Origin: a bacterium
GTDB taxonomy: Bacteria > Actinomycetota > UBA4738 > HRBIN12
Direction: 5' to 3'
Length of the DNA: 59,790 bases
Assembly: GCA_046735355.1 (NCBI GenBank)
Contig: JBKPTC010000076.1
Coordinates: 1-59,790, forward strand
Shown: positions 20,017 through 30,090 of the stretch, piece after piece
Layout of the letters: every line of letters starts with the position of its first letter
How positions within the stretch are numbered: position 1 is the first letter of the stretch
The notes under the pieces: generated by a model
The model's input: the letters and a program-made list of their open reading frames with translations, nothing else
The model's database searches: none
What the model was told of the DNA's origin: nothing
Made by a program: the position numbers and the translations under genes

Positions 20017-20901
20017 ATGGCCGCACGATTCGGCGCCGTGGTGACCGCGATGGTCACCCCTTTCCGGCAGGACCACACGCTCGATCTCGACGGAGCGCAG
20101 ACGCTCGCTCGGCATCTGCTCGAGCACGGTACGGATTCGATCGTGGTCGCCGGCTCGACGGGCGAGTCGCCGACGCTGTCGCATCGGGAGAAGCTCGACC
20201 TGTTCCGCGCGGTGATCGAGGCGGTGGACGGCCGCGGCCGCGTGATCTGCGGCACGGGGACGTACAACACCGCCGAGACGATGCAACTGTCGCGCGAGGC
20301 GCAGGACCTCGGCGCGGAAGGCCTGCTCGTCGTCACGCCGTACTACAGCAAGCCGCCGCAGCGCGGCCTGCTGGAGCACTTCACGCGCGTGGCCTCCGCC
20401 GTCGACCTTCCCGTCATCGCGTACAACATCCCCGGCCGCACCGGGACGCGGATCGAGCACGAGACGCTGCTGCGGATGGCCGAGGTTCCGAACATCGTCG
20501 CGGTGAAGGACTCGACCGGCGACTTCCAGGCGATCTCCAAGCTGATATCGGAGGCACCCGCCGACTTCGAGGTGTACTCGGGCGACGACTGGGCGACGTT
20601 CGGCTATCTGTGCCTCGGCGCCGTCGGTGTCGTCTCGGTCGCGGCGCACGTGGTCGGCGACCGGATCCACCACCTCACGGATCTCGTGTTGTCGGGCGAC
20701 ATCCCGGCGGCGCGGAAGGTCCACGAGGAGCTCTCGCCGTTGTTCAACGCGCTGTTCATCACGACCAACCCGATCCCGGTCAAGACCGCGCTCGACGTCC
20801 TCGGCCTGCCCGCCGGTCCGCCTCGTCTGCCGCTCGTTCCCGCGACGCGGGACGAGCGCGCGCGGATCGAGAAAGCCCTGTCCGATGCAGGGCTCGTCTG
20901 A
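20017..20901 (+). CDS. dapA: 4-hydroxy-tetrahydrodipicolinate synthase
   Basis: GSTGESPTL, TPYYSKP, YNIPGRTG, AVKDS; AGGAGG RBS. Confidence 0.97.
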   Translation: MAARFGAVVTAMVTPFRQDHTLDLDGAQTLARHLLEHGTDSIVVAGSTGESPTLSHREKLDLFRAVIEAVDGRGRVICGTGTYNTAETMQLSREAQDLGAEGLLVVTPYYSKPPQRGLLEHFTRVASAVDLPVIAYNIPGRTGTRIEHETLLRMAEVPNIVAVKDSTGDFQAISKLISEAPADFEVYSGDDWATFGYLCLGAVGVVSVAAHVVGDRIHHLTDLVLSGDIPAARKVHEELSPLFNALFITTNPIPVKTALDVLGLPAGPPRLPLVPATRDERARIEKALSDAGLV

Positions 20902-22597
20902 CGACGCGCTCGGCGCGGATCGCGCCGTACCGGCCTCCCGGATCGCGCGGGTCGCGTTCCTCGGCGGCGTCGGCGAGGTCGGACGCAACATGGCCGTCGT
21001 CGAGCTCGAGGGTCGGATGCTGGTGCTGGACTGCGGCCTCTCGTTCCCGCACGCCGAGATGCCCGGCATCGACCTCGTCCTTCCGGACTTCGAGTACGTC
21101 CGCGGGGCCAAGGACCGCATCGAGGCCGTCGTCCTCACGCACGGCCACGAGGATCACATCGGCGCGCTGCCGTACCTGTTGCGGGAGTTCGCGGGTCGAA
21201 CGATCCCGGTGTACGGCACGCCGTTCACGCTCGCGCTGCTGAACGGCAAGCTCGAGGAGCACGGCGTCCGCGATCGCGCCGACTTCCGACCCGTCACGCC
21301 GGGCAACGCCGAGCGGATCGGGCCGTTCTCCATGCGGTTCATGCGCGTCACGCACTCGATCCCCGAGGGCGTCGCCGTCGCGATCGACACGCCCGTCGGC
21401 GTGATCCTGCACACCGGCGACTTCAAGATCGACCAGACGCCGCTCGACGGTCGTCCGACCGATCTGCACTCGCTCGCGGAGGAGGCGGGCAGGGGCGTTC
21501 ACCTGCTGCTGTCCGATTCGACCAACGCCGAGGAGGCCGGCTACACCGCGAGCGAACGGAGCGTCGGCCCGGTGCTCACGGACATCATCGCCCGGGCGCC
21601 GCAGCTCGTGGTCGTCGCGTGCTTCTCGAGCCACATCCACCGCATCCAGCAGGTCGTCAACGCGGCGCGAGCGAGCGAGCGCGTGGTGGCGTTCCTCGGC
21701 CGCTCGATGCATCAGAGCGTCGACGCGGCCCGGCGCCTCGGACTGCTGAGCGTTCCGGAGGACGACGTCGTCCTGATCGAGGAGCTCGACGATCTCGATC
21801 CGTCGCGCGTCGTCGTCGTGTCGACCGGTTCGCAGGGCGAGCCGCTGTCCGCGCTGTCGCTGATGGCGGCCGAGCAGCACAAGTGGGTCAAGCTCCACGA
21901 GGGCGACACCGTGATCCTGTCCTCGTCGCTGATCCCCGGAAACGAGCCGGCGATCCACCGCGTCATCGACGGCCTGTACCGGACGGGCGCCGACGTCTAC
22001 CACGTCCCGTCCGCGCCCGTGCACGCGTCGGGCCACGGCGCACAGGAGGAGCTTCGGTTGATGCTGTCGCTCGTGCGGCCGCGCTGGTTCATCCCGGTCC
22101 ACGGCGAGCGGCGACACCTCGCGCATCACGCCAAGCTCGCCACGGAGGTCGGCGTGGCGCCTGACCACGTGGTCATCTGCGAGGACGGCGACCAGGTCGA
22201 GGTGGGGGAGAAGGTCGAGATCGTCGGTCAGGTTCCGGCGGGGATGACCTTCGTCGACGGGCTCGGCATCGGCGACGTGGGAAAGGCCGTGCTGCGCGAC
22301 CGGCGCAAGCTGTCGGCGGACGGCGTCGTCGTCGTCGTCGTCGCGATCGATTCGCACCGCGGTGATCTCGTCGCCGGGCCCGACCTCGTCAACCGCGGGT
22401 TCGTGTTCGACGAAACGGCCGGCGACATCCTTGAACAGGGCCGCGACCGCGTCATGATTGCGCTTCGGGAGTCGGCGGCCGGCGAGGTCGTCGACCGAAC
22501 CGTGCTCGAACAGACCGTGCGACGAACGCTCGGCCGGTACTTCTACGAAGTGACCCAGCGCAAGCCGGTGATCCTGCCCGTGATCCTGGAGGTGTAG
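20885..22597 (+). CDS. rnj: Ribonuclease J
   Basis: LGGVGEVGRNM, THGHEDHIG, HTGDFK, HASGHG, PVHGE; start approximate. Confidence 0.96.
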   Translation: MQGSSDDALGADRAVPASRIARVAFLGGVGEVGRNMAVVELEGRMLVLDCGLSFPHAEMPGIDLVLPDFEYVRGAKDRIEAVVLTHGHEDHIGALPYLLREFAGRTIPVYGTPFTLALLNGKLEEHGVRDRADFRPVTPGNAERIGPFSMRFMRVTHSIPEGVAVAIDTPVGVILHTGDFKIDQTPLDGRPTDLHSLAEEAGRGVHLLLSDSTNAEEAGYTASERSVGPVLTDIIARAPQLVVVACFSSHIHRIQQVVNAARASERVVAFLGRSMHQSVDAARRLGLLSVPEDDVVLIEELDDLDPSRVVVVSTGSQGEPLSALSLMAAEQHKWVKLHEGDTVILSSSLIPGNEPAIHRVIDGLYRTGADVYHVPSAPVHASGHGAQEELRLMLSLVRPRWFIPVHGERRHLAHHAKLATEVGVAPDHVVICEDGDQVEVGEKVEIVGQVPAGMTFVDGLGIGDVGKAVLRDRRKLSADGVVVVVVAIDSHRGDLVAGPDLVNRGFVFDETAGDILEQGRDRVMIALRESAAGEVVDRTVLEQTVRRTLGRYFYEVTQRKPVILPVILEV

Positions 22598-24864
22598 TGG
22601 CGACGAAGAGCAAGCGGCGCGCGTCCGCCAGCACCAAGCGCGCCGCCTCCTCGAAGCGCGCGCGCCGAACCCCCGTCCGACAGCACCTCGCCCCGTGGGC
22701 GAGGGACGCGATCGGCATCGGTCTGGTCGTGTTCGGGCTCATCGCGGTGCTCGGCGTGTGGTTCGACGCCGCGGGCGTCGTCGGGCACGCCATCAACGTC
22801 GCGCTGCACGCCGTCGTCGGCTCCGCGGCCGTCGCCACCCCGATCGTCGCGGCGTACTGGGGCGTGGTCCTGATCCGGGACTCGGTCGCGGCCGAGCGCG
22901 TCCGCATGTTCATCGGCTTCGCGATCGCCGCCGCCGGCATCCTCGCGCTGGTCTCGATCGCGTCCGGCAACCCGCGTCCGCTGGCGGGCTACGACGCGGT
23001 CCGCGACGCGGCAGGCGTCGTCGGCGCCGTCGTCGCGTGGCCGCTCTCGAGGGCGCTGTCCGCCGTCGGATCGGCGATCGTCGGCGCCGGTCTCGCGGTG
23101 CTCGGCCTCCTCATCTTCACCGGAACGCCGCTGTCCACGGTGTCGACGCGGACCGCCGAGCGCGTCGAGGCGATCCGCGAGCGCGCGAGCGCCGCACGGT
23201 CGGCTCGGCACGCCGCCGAGCAGATGGGTGGTCGACTCGGCACGTCGGCCCCGCTGCCGGTGGTCGACCTCCGTGACGAGCGCTCTGCCGACCTCGTGCT
23301 CGAGGAACCGCCGGACGACGGCTCGGCGGACGAGGTCGGCGGCGCCGAGGATGAATACGAGGACGCCGAGCTCGTCCCGATGCTTGCGAAGCCCGAGCAC
23401 GGCGCGTACGCGCTGCCGCGGATCGACCTGCTCCGCACGGCGCCGCCGTCGACGGCGAGCTCGCAGGACGAGGACCACACGATGCAGGCGCTCGAGCGGA
23501 CGTTCCACACCTTCGGCGTTCCGGCGCACGTGGTGGCCGCACACCGCGGGCCGACCGTGACGATGTACGAGGTCGAGGTCGAGGCCGGAACGAAGGTCAA
23601 CAAGGTGCTCAACCTCGCCGAGGACATCGCGTACGCGCTCGCGACGCCGGACGTCCGCATCATCGCGCCGATCCCGGGCAAGTCGGCGATCGGCGTCGAG
23701 GTGCCGAACAAGGTCCGCGACTTCGTGATGCTCGGCGACGTGCTGCGCTCGGCGAGCAAGGACGACCGCCATCCGCTCTCGGTCGCGCTCGGCAAGGACG
23801 TCCACGGCCGCGCGCAGATGGTGAACCTCACCAGGATGCCGCACCTGCTGATCGCGGGCGCGACCGGAGCCGGCAAGTCGAGCCTCATCAACTGCTTCAT
23901 CACCAGCGTGCTCATGCGGTCGACGCCCGACGAGGTGAAGCTCGTCCTGGTCGACCCCAAGCGGGTGGAGCTGTCGCACTTCGCCGACCTTCCGCATCTG
24001 CTCTCGCCCGTCATCGTGCATCCCAAGCGCGCGGCCGAGGCGCTCGGATGGGTCGTCCGCGAGATGGAGCAGCGCTACGAGCTGCTCGCCATGGTCGGCG
24101 TCCGCGACATCGACGGCTATCGCGCCGGCCTCCAGGACGGGACGCTGCGGATCCCGCCAGGCCAGGAGGACAAGTTCACGGACCTCCCGTACATCGTCGT
24201 CGTGATCGACGAGCTCGCGGACCTCATGATGGTCGCGCCTCGGGACGTCGAGGACGCGATCTGCCGGATCGCGCAGATGGCGCGCGCGGTCGGCATCCAC
24301 CTGGTCGTCGCGACGCAGCGCCCGAGCGTCGACGTCGTCACCGGTCTCATCAAGGCAAACATCCCGAGCCGGATCGCGCTGATGACGTCGAGCCAGGCCG
24401 ACTCGCGCGTGATCCTCGACATGAACGGCGCCGAGAAGCTCGTCGGGCACGGGGACATGCTGTTCGCGCCGTCGTCCGCCAACAAGCCGGCGCGGCTGCA
24501 GGCGGCGTGGGTGACCGAGAAGGAGATCTTCGGCATCTCCGAGTGGATCCGCGCGCAGCGCGAGCCCGAGTACGAGGCGCACGTCGAGGGGCTCGGACGG
24601 CCGCCGGTGGAGGGCGAGGACGAGTCCGGCGGGCTCGGCGGGGACGACGAGCTGCTCCGCCAGGCAGCGGATCTGGTCATCCGGTCGCAGCTCGGCTCCA
24701 CGTCGATGCTCCAGCGCAAGCTGAAGGTGGGGTTCGCGCGCGCGGGCCGCCTGATGGATCTCCTGGAGGAGCGCGGGATCGTGGGGCCGTCGCTCGGCTC
24801 GAAGGCGCGCGACGTGCTCGTCACGCCCGAGGAGTGGGCCGAGTCGCGCGCCGCGTCGGGCTGA
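22597..24864 (+). CDS. ftsK: DNA translocase FtsK
   Basis: N-terminal TM region, AGATGAGKS Walker A, VIDELAD, ATQRPS, C-terminal gamma domain. Confidence 0.97.
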   Translation: MATKSKRRASASTKRAASSKRARRTPVRQHLAPWARDAIGIGLVVFGLIAVLGVWFDAAGVVGHAINVALHAVVGSAAVATPIVAAYWGVVLIRDSVAAERVRMFIGFAIAAAGILALVSIASGNPRPLAGYDAVRDAAGVVGAVVAWPLSRALSAVGSAIVGAGLAVLGLLIFTGTPLSTVSTRTAERVEAIRERASAARSARHAAEQMGGRLGTSAPLPVVDLRDERSADLVLEEPPDDGSADEVGGAEDEYEDAELVPMLAKPEHGAYALPRIDLLRTAPPSTASSQDEDHTMQALERTFHTFGVPAHVVAAHRGPTVTMYEVEVEAGTKVNKVLNLAEDIAYALATPDVRIIAPIPGKSAIGVEVPNKVRDFVMLGDVLRSASKDDRHPLSVALGKDVHGRAQMVNLTRMPHLLIAGATGAGKSSLINCFITSVLMRSTPDEVKLVLVDPKRVELSHFADLPHLLSPVIVHPKRAAEALGWVVREMEQRYELLAMVGVRDIDGYRAGLQDGTLRIPPGQEDKFTDLPYIVVVIDELADLMMVAPRDVEDAICRIAQMARAVGIHLVVATQRPSVDVVTGLIKANIPSRIALMTSSQADSRVILDMNGAEKLVGHGDMLFAPSSANKPARLQAAWVTEKEIFGISEWIRAQREPEYEAHVEGLGRPPVEGEDESGGLGGDDELLRQAADLVIRSQLGSTSMLQRKLKVGFARAGRLMDLLEERGIVGPSLGSKARDVLVTPEEWAESRAASG

Positions 24865-24873
24865 GGCCGCCGC

Positions 24874-25257
24874 TCAGAGCACGGCGAGTAGCTCGTTCAC
24901 CAGCAACAGCGTCTCGGCCGAGCGTTCCTCGTCGACGACCACGTTCGCGCCGGTCCACGGCTCGTTGGCCCAGTACTCGAACACGTCGGACGGCGCGAAC
25001 CCGCGCGCGACCGCGTTTCGGTGGCTGCGGACCATCTCGGTGCCGTTACCCACGCCCCACGGATGGATCAGGAAGCCACCGCGCCGGCCGTCCTCGGACA
25101 GCCAGATCGCGCCGATCGCGCCCCAGAGCCCGTCGTCCTGCCGGCCCGACACGAGGAGGTAGCGGACACGCCGCTCGGCCTGGAGCTCGAGCACGGACGG
25201 GGTCTCGACGGCGGCGAACGGCGACGCGCCGAGCGCGGCGGTGCTGGTGCGTTCCAT
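24874..25257 (-). CDS. Hypothetical protein
   Basis: GGGAGG RBS before ATG at 25257; globular-looking 127 aa; no family recognised. Confidence 0.6.
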   Translation of the reverse strand: MERTSTAALGASPFAAVETPSVLELQAERRVRYLLVSGRQDDGLWGAIGAIWLSEDGRRGGFLIHPWGVGNGTEMVRSHRNAVARGFAPSDVFEYWANEPWTGANVVVDEERSAETLLLVNELLAVL

Positions 25258-25467
25258 CCGGTCCTCCCGACCGTCGCCGAACATACTCGCCCGGGCCTCC
25301 GGAGACATCGGGCGGAGGAACTAGGACCTCGAGCCGGCCGCGGCGGCTGAGCGATCGCGCCTGCGCGCACGGCGATCGCCTCCGTCCGACGATCCGAGCG
25401 TCGTGGGCCTTCGGGTGGCCGGGTCCGATAGGATGCCGGGACCCCATCGACCGCACGAGGAGGCAGC

Positions 25468-26187
25468 GTGCAGCGTTCGACGATCGGGGTGGGCCCGGCT
25501 CTGCGCAAGGCCAGACAGGCGCGCGGTGTCTCGATCGCCGAGGCGAGCCGGGACACTCGGATCCGGCCGGAGTTCCTCCGGGCGCTCGAGGACGAGGAGT
25601 TCGACCGCCTGCTGGGCGACGTCTACGTTCGCGGTGCGCTTCGGTCCTATGCGACGTACCTCGCCGTTCCGGCCGACCGGGTCCTCCAGCGCTACGCCCG
25701 GGCGGTGGGGGAGATGGAGCCGACGCCTCCGGGGCCGCCGCCCGCCGCCGATCCCGTCGTGGGAGCGCCGCGGCGACGCGACAACCACGTGCTCGTCGGG
25801 ATGCTCGCCGCCGTGTTCGTCGTGCTGGCCGTGTCGTTCGGGATCCTGTCGCCGCGCGCCTCGGCTCCCGCGCCCGCGTCCGCCGTCGGCCAGCCGACCG
25901 CGCACGCCGCGGGTCGCGGGATCTCGTTGTCGGTCTCGACGTCCACGCAGCCGGTCGACGTGTCGGTCCGGGTCGACGGCGAGGACGCTGCGTCGTTCCG
26001 GCTGCTGCCCGGTGAGAGCCGGTCGTTCCTCGCCGACGAGTCGCTCTCGGTGCGCGTCACGCCCGGCGGCACCGCGGACGTCGTCGTGAACGGCGAGAGC
26101 AAGGGCGCGCCCGGCCGATCGGCGGGCTCGTGGTCGCACACGTACAGCTACGGGACGCCGACGGCGTCCGCCCCCGCCAGCGGCTGA
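25468..26187 (+). CDS. RodZ-like HTH membrane protein
   Basis: N-terminal HTH (TRIR..L.ALE..F..VYVRG.LRSYA), one TM, C-terminal beta domain. Confidence 0.85.
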   Translation: MQRSTIGVGPALRKARQARGVSIAEASRDTRIRPEFLRALEDEEFDRLLGDVYVRGALRSYATYLAVPADRVLQRYARAVGEMEPTPPGPPPAADPVVGAPRRRDNHVLVGMLAAVFVVLAVSFGILSPRASAPAPASAVGQPTAHAAGRGISLSVSTSTQPVDVSVRVDGEDAASFRLLPGESRSFLADESLSVRVTPGGTADVVVNGESKGAPGRSAGSWSHTYSYGTPTASAPASG

Positions 26188-26191
26188 TCGC

Positions 26192-27454
26192 GTGCGCGCC
26201 GAGGTCGTGGGTGTCGGCACCGAGCTGCTGCTCGGTCAGATCGCGAACACCAACGCGCAGTGGATCTCCGAGCGGCTGGCCGAGATCGGCGTCGACGTCG
26301 TGTTCCACGACGCCGTCGGCGACAACCACGAGCGGATCGTCGAGGTGCTCGCAGCAGCCACCCGGCGCTCGGACGCCGTGATCGTCACCGGCGGGCTCGG
26401 ACCGACGCAGGACGACATCACGCGTGAGGCCGTCGCCGAGGTCGCGGGCGTGCGCCTCGTCCGTCGTCCGGAGATCGAGGAGTGGCTCCGCCGGCGCTTC
26501 GAGCGCATGGGACGCGAGATGCCCGACTCGAACCTTCGCCAGGCCGACGTGCCCGAGGGCGGCGAGGTCGTCGAGAACGAACGCGGGAGCGCGCCGGGTC
26601 TCGTTGTTCGCGCGGCCGATGCCACGATCTTCGCGCTGCCGGGCGTGCCGTCGGAGATGCGTCAGATGATGCGCGCCGCCGTGCTGCCGCGCCTGACGGC
26701 CGAGGCGGGGCCGGCCGGGATCGTGTCGAGACAGGTGCGGGTCGTCGGGATGGCCGAGTCGAGGATCGCGGAGCTCCTCGACGACCTGTTCCACGGCTCG
26801 TCGAACCCGACCGTCGCGTATCTCGCCGGAGGAGGCGAGGTCCGGGTGCGCCTCACCGCGAAGGCGGCGAGCCTCGGCGAGGCCGAGGATCTGCTCCGCC
26901 CGCTCGCCGAGGAGGTGCAGCGGCGGCTCGGCGACGTCGTGTACTCGACCGGAGACGAGGAGCTCGAGCAGGTGATCGGTCGTCAGCTCAAGGCGGCGCG
27001 GAAGACGGTCGCGGCGGCCGAGTCGCTCACGGGCGGTGGGGTGGCGCGGCGGCTGACCGCGGCGCCGGGCGCGTCGGCGTACTTCCGGGGCGCGGCGGTC
27101 GTGTACACGGCCGAGGCGAAGGAGCGTGTGCTCGGCGTCTCGGCCGAGACGATCGAGCGCGAGGGCGTGGTGAGCGAGGCGACGGCGCGGGAGATGGCGG
27201 CCGGCGCGCGGAGGATCTTCGAGGCGGACGTCGCGGTGGCGCTCACCGGATCCGCCGGCCCCGAGCCGCACGACGGGGCCGCGCCCGGAACGGTCTGGAT
27301 CGCGCTCGAGGCGGACGACCGTTCGCACGCGCGTGAGCTCCGCGTTCCGGGCGACCGGACCACGGTGCTGCGCTGGTCCGAGCAGGCCGCGCTCGATCTG
27401 CTGCGGCGGTACCTCGGCGACATCCCGCTGCCGGCCGGCCCGACGCTCGTGTGA
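26192..27454 (+). CDS. cinA: Competence/damage-inducible protein CinA
   Basis: GTELLLGQIANTNA, GGLGPTQDDIT, AESLTGG. Confidence 0.95.
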   Translation: MRAEVVGVGTELLLGQIANTNAQWISERLAEIGVDVVFHDAVGDNHERIVEVLAAATRRSDAVIVTGGLGPTQDDITREAVAEVAGVRLVRRPEIEEWLRRRFERMGREMPDSNLRQADVPEGGEVVENERGSAPGLVVRAADATIFALPGVPSEMRQMMRAAVLPRLTAEAGPAGIVSRQVRVVGMAESRIAELLDDLFHGSSNPTVAYLAGGGEVRVRLTAKAASLGEAEDLLRPLAEEVQRRLGDVVYSTGDEELEQVIGRQLKAARKTVAAAESLTGGGVARRLTAAPGASAYFRGAAVVYTAEAKERVLGVSAETIEREGVVSEATAREMAAGARRIFEADVAVALTGSAGPEPHDGAAPGTVWIALEADDRSHARELRVPGDRTTVLRWSEQAALDLLRRYLGDIPLPAGPTLV

Positions 27455-28029
27455 TGGACGTCGACCGCGTCTCGCGAGCCGAGGCGAGGTCGCGCAGGCT
27501 GTTCGTCGCCGTCGACGTGCCGGACGCGGTTCGCGCGCTCGTCGCGTCGGCGGCCCGGGCGCTTCGCGACGACCATCCGCGTGCGCGCTGGGTGCCCGAG
27601 CGGAACCAGCACGTCACCCTCAAGTTCCTCGGATCGACGGACGCCGGGCTGCTCGACCGCGTGACCGCTGCCGTTGCGGAGGTCGCGGCGGGCGAGCGCG
27701 CGTTCCGAACGCGCGTCGCCGGCTTCGGCGCGTTTCCGAACCCTCGCCGCGCGCGCGTGCTGTGGGCGGGGCTGTCCGACGAGGACGAGCGGCTCGCCGC
27801 GCTGGCCGGCGCGCTGGACCGCGCGCTGGTCCCGGAGTTCGAGCCGGAGGGACGCCCGTTCACGCCGCATCTGACGGTCGCCCGGTTCGACCCGCCGGCA
27901 CGGGTCGGCGAGGTACCGGAGGTGCGTTCGGAGCCGTTCCTCGTCGATCGGGTGGTGCTGTTCGAGAGTCACGTCCGGCGACCGGCGCCGGTGTACGAGC
28001 CGATCGCCGAGTGCGCGCTCGGTCGTTGA
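27454..28029 (+). CDS. thpR: RNA 2',3'-cyclic phosphodiesterase (2H family)
   Basis: RLFVAV, HVTLKFLG and PHLTVAR 2H motifs. Confidence 0.93.
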   Translation: MDVDRVSRAEARSRRLFVAVDVPDAVRALVASAARALRDDHPRARWVPERNQHVTLKFLGSTDAGLLDRVTAAVAEVAAGERAFRTRVAGFGAFPNPRRARVLWAGLSDEDERLAALAGALDRALVPEFEPEGRPFTPHLTVARFDPPARVGEVPEVRSEPFLVDRVVLFESHVRRPAPVYEPIAECALGR

Positions 28030-28054
28030 ACCCGAACACGTGTTCGAGTATGGT
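28026..28054 (+). promoter_or_regulatory. Distal recA promoter with LexA (SOS) box in the spacer
   Basis: TTGAAC (28026-31)-17 nt-TATGGT (28049-54); CGAAC-ACGT-GTTCG at 28033-28046. Confidence 0.85.
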
Positions 28055-28156
28055 GCCGGGGTTGCAGCCGGGTAGTTACAGCGATGTAATGGCCGGCGCG
28101 GGCGGACGCCGGAGCGGCCAGCTCCGCGGCCGGGCGCCGGTGAGGGCCGGTGGCGG

Positions 28157-28178
28157 TGTCAGACCCTCGCACTAGCGT
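28157..28178 (+). promoter_or_regulatory. RecA-NDp (PafBC-type) proximal recA promoter
   Basis: TGTCAG-10 nt-TAGCGT matches the actinobacterial TGTCRG-N10-TANNNT motif. Confidence 0.72.
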
Positions 28179-28244
28179 TCGCGAGCATCGAGGGGGACCG
28201 GCACGGCACGACCGACGCGCCGTGCCACGTGAGGAGGAGGCTCG

Positions 28245-29348
<1,104 letters not shown>

Positions 29349-29349
29349 C

Positions 29350-29832
29350 GTGGGGAACAAGCTTCCCCTGCACGAGCGCGCGCTCGGGCTGCTCGCCGTT
29401 CGGCCGCGCACGCGGCGCGAGCTCCACACGCGCCTGCTCCGCGCCGGGTTCGACGCCGACGAGGTCGGGGCGGAGCTCGACCGGCTCCAGCAGGTCGGGC
29501 TCGTCGACGACGTCCGGTTCGCGGCGGACTTCGTCGAGCACGCCCTCGACCGCCGGCTCGAGGGCAGGCGCTCGATCGCCTCGCGCCTCGCGGCCAAGGG
29601 CCTCGACCGGAGCCTGATCCGGGACGCGCTCGAGGCGGCGGGAGGCGACGACGAGGAGCGGCTCGAGCGGCTGGCGCGGGCCCGGGCGGGGCGGTTGGGC
29701 GGCCTCGCGCCCGACGCCGCGTACCGACGCCTCGTCTCCTTCCTGGTCCGTCGTGGGCACGAACCGTCGGCCGCTCGGGCCGTCGCGGCCCGCGTCCTTC
29801 GCTCCGACGCAGACGCCTCCGAGATGGTCTAA
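29350..29832 (+). CDS. recX: Regulatory protein RecX
   Basis: ALGLLAVRPRT..EL..RL, GLVDD.RFA, FLVRRG; follows recA. Confidence 0.9.
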   Translation: MGNKLPLHERALGLLAVRPRTRRELHTRLLRAGFDADEVGAELDRLQQVGLVDDVRFAADFVEHALDRRLEGRRSIASRLAAKGLDRSLIRDALEAAGGDDEERLERLARARAGRLGGLAPDAAYRRLVSFLVRRGHEPSAARAVAARVLRSDADASEMV

Positions 29833-29846
29833 GCCCGCCGGCCGCC

Positions 29847-29875
29847 TTGCCTGACCTGCGGGCAGGCCGTACATT
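29847..29875 (+). promoter_or_regulatory. Housekeeping-sigma promoter upstream of structured RNA/rny
   Basis: TTGCCT-17 nt-TACATT; predicted start about 29882. Confidence 0.7.
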
Positions 29876-29882
29876 GTGCGTT

Positions 29883-30057
29883 CGAGAGGCTGTTCCCACA
29901 CGATCGTTCGACCGACGATGTCCGATCACCGAATCCTTCGTACGCAGGCAGCACACCGGCGCCGGGAACGCGGGATCCCGTGGAGGGTTCCGCGGGCCTA
30001 GGCGTTTCCTCCGTCATCCGGACACACGGCCGGCCGTGGCCGTGGGAAGGCCTCTCG
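29883..30057 (+). ncRNA. Candidate ~175-nt rod-shaped RNA with central bubble (6S-like RNA or rny leader)
   Basis: End-to-end pairings: CGAGAGGC/GCCTCTCG, TTCCCAC/GTGGGAA, TGTCCG/CGGACA, GGCGCC/GGCGTT, CGCGGGATCC/GGGTTCCGCG; begins at predicted TSS. Confidence 0.55.
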
Positions 30058-30090
30058 CGACGCCTTTCCTGATGTCTGGAGGCAACACAG

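Noticed and set aside
29897-29910. LexA box upstream of rny (CACAC-GATC-GTTCG)
   Set aside because: Left half-site has two mismatches and the bases are explained by the RNA stem
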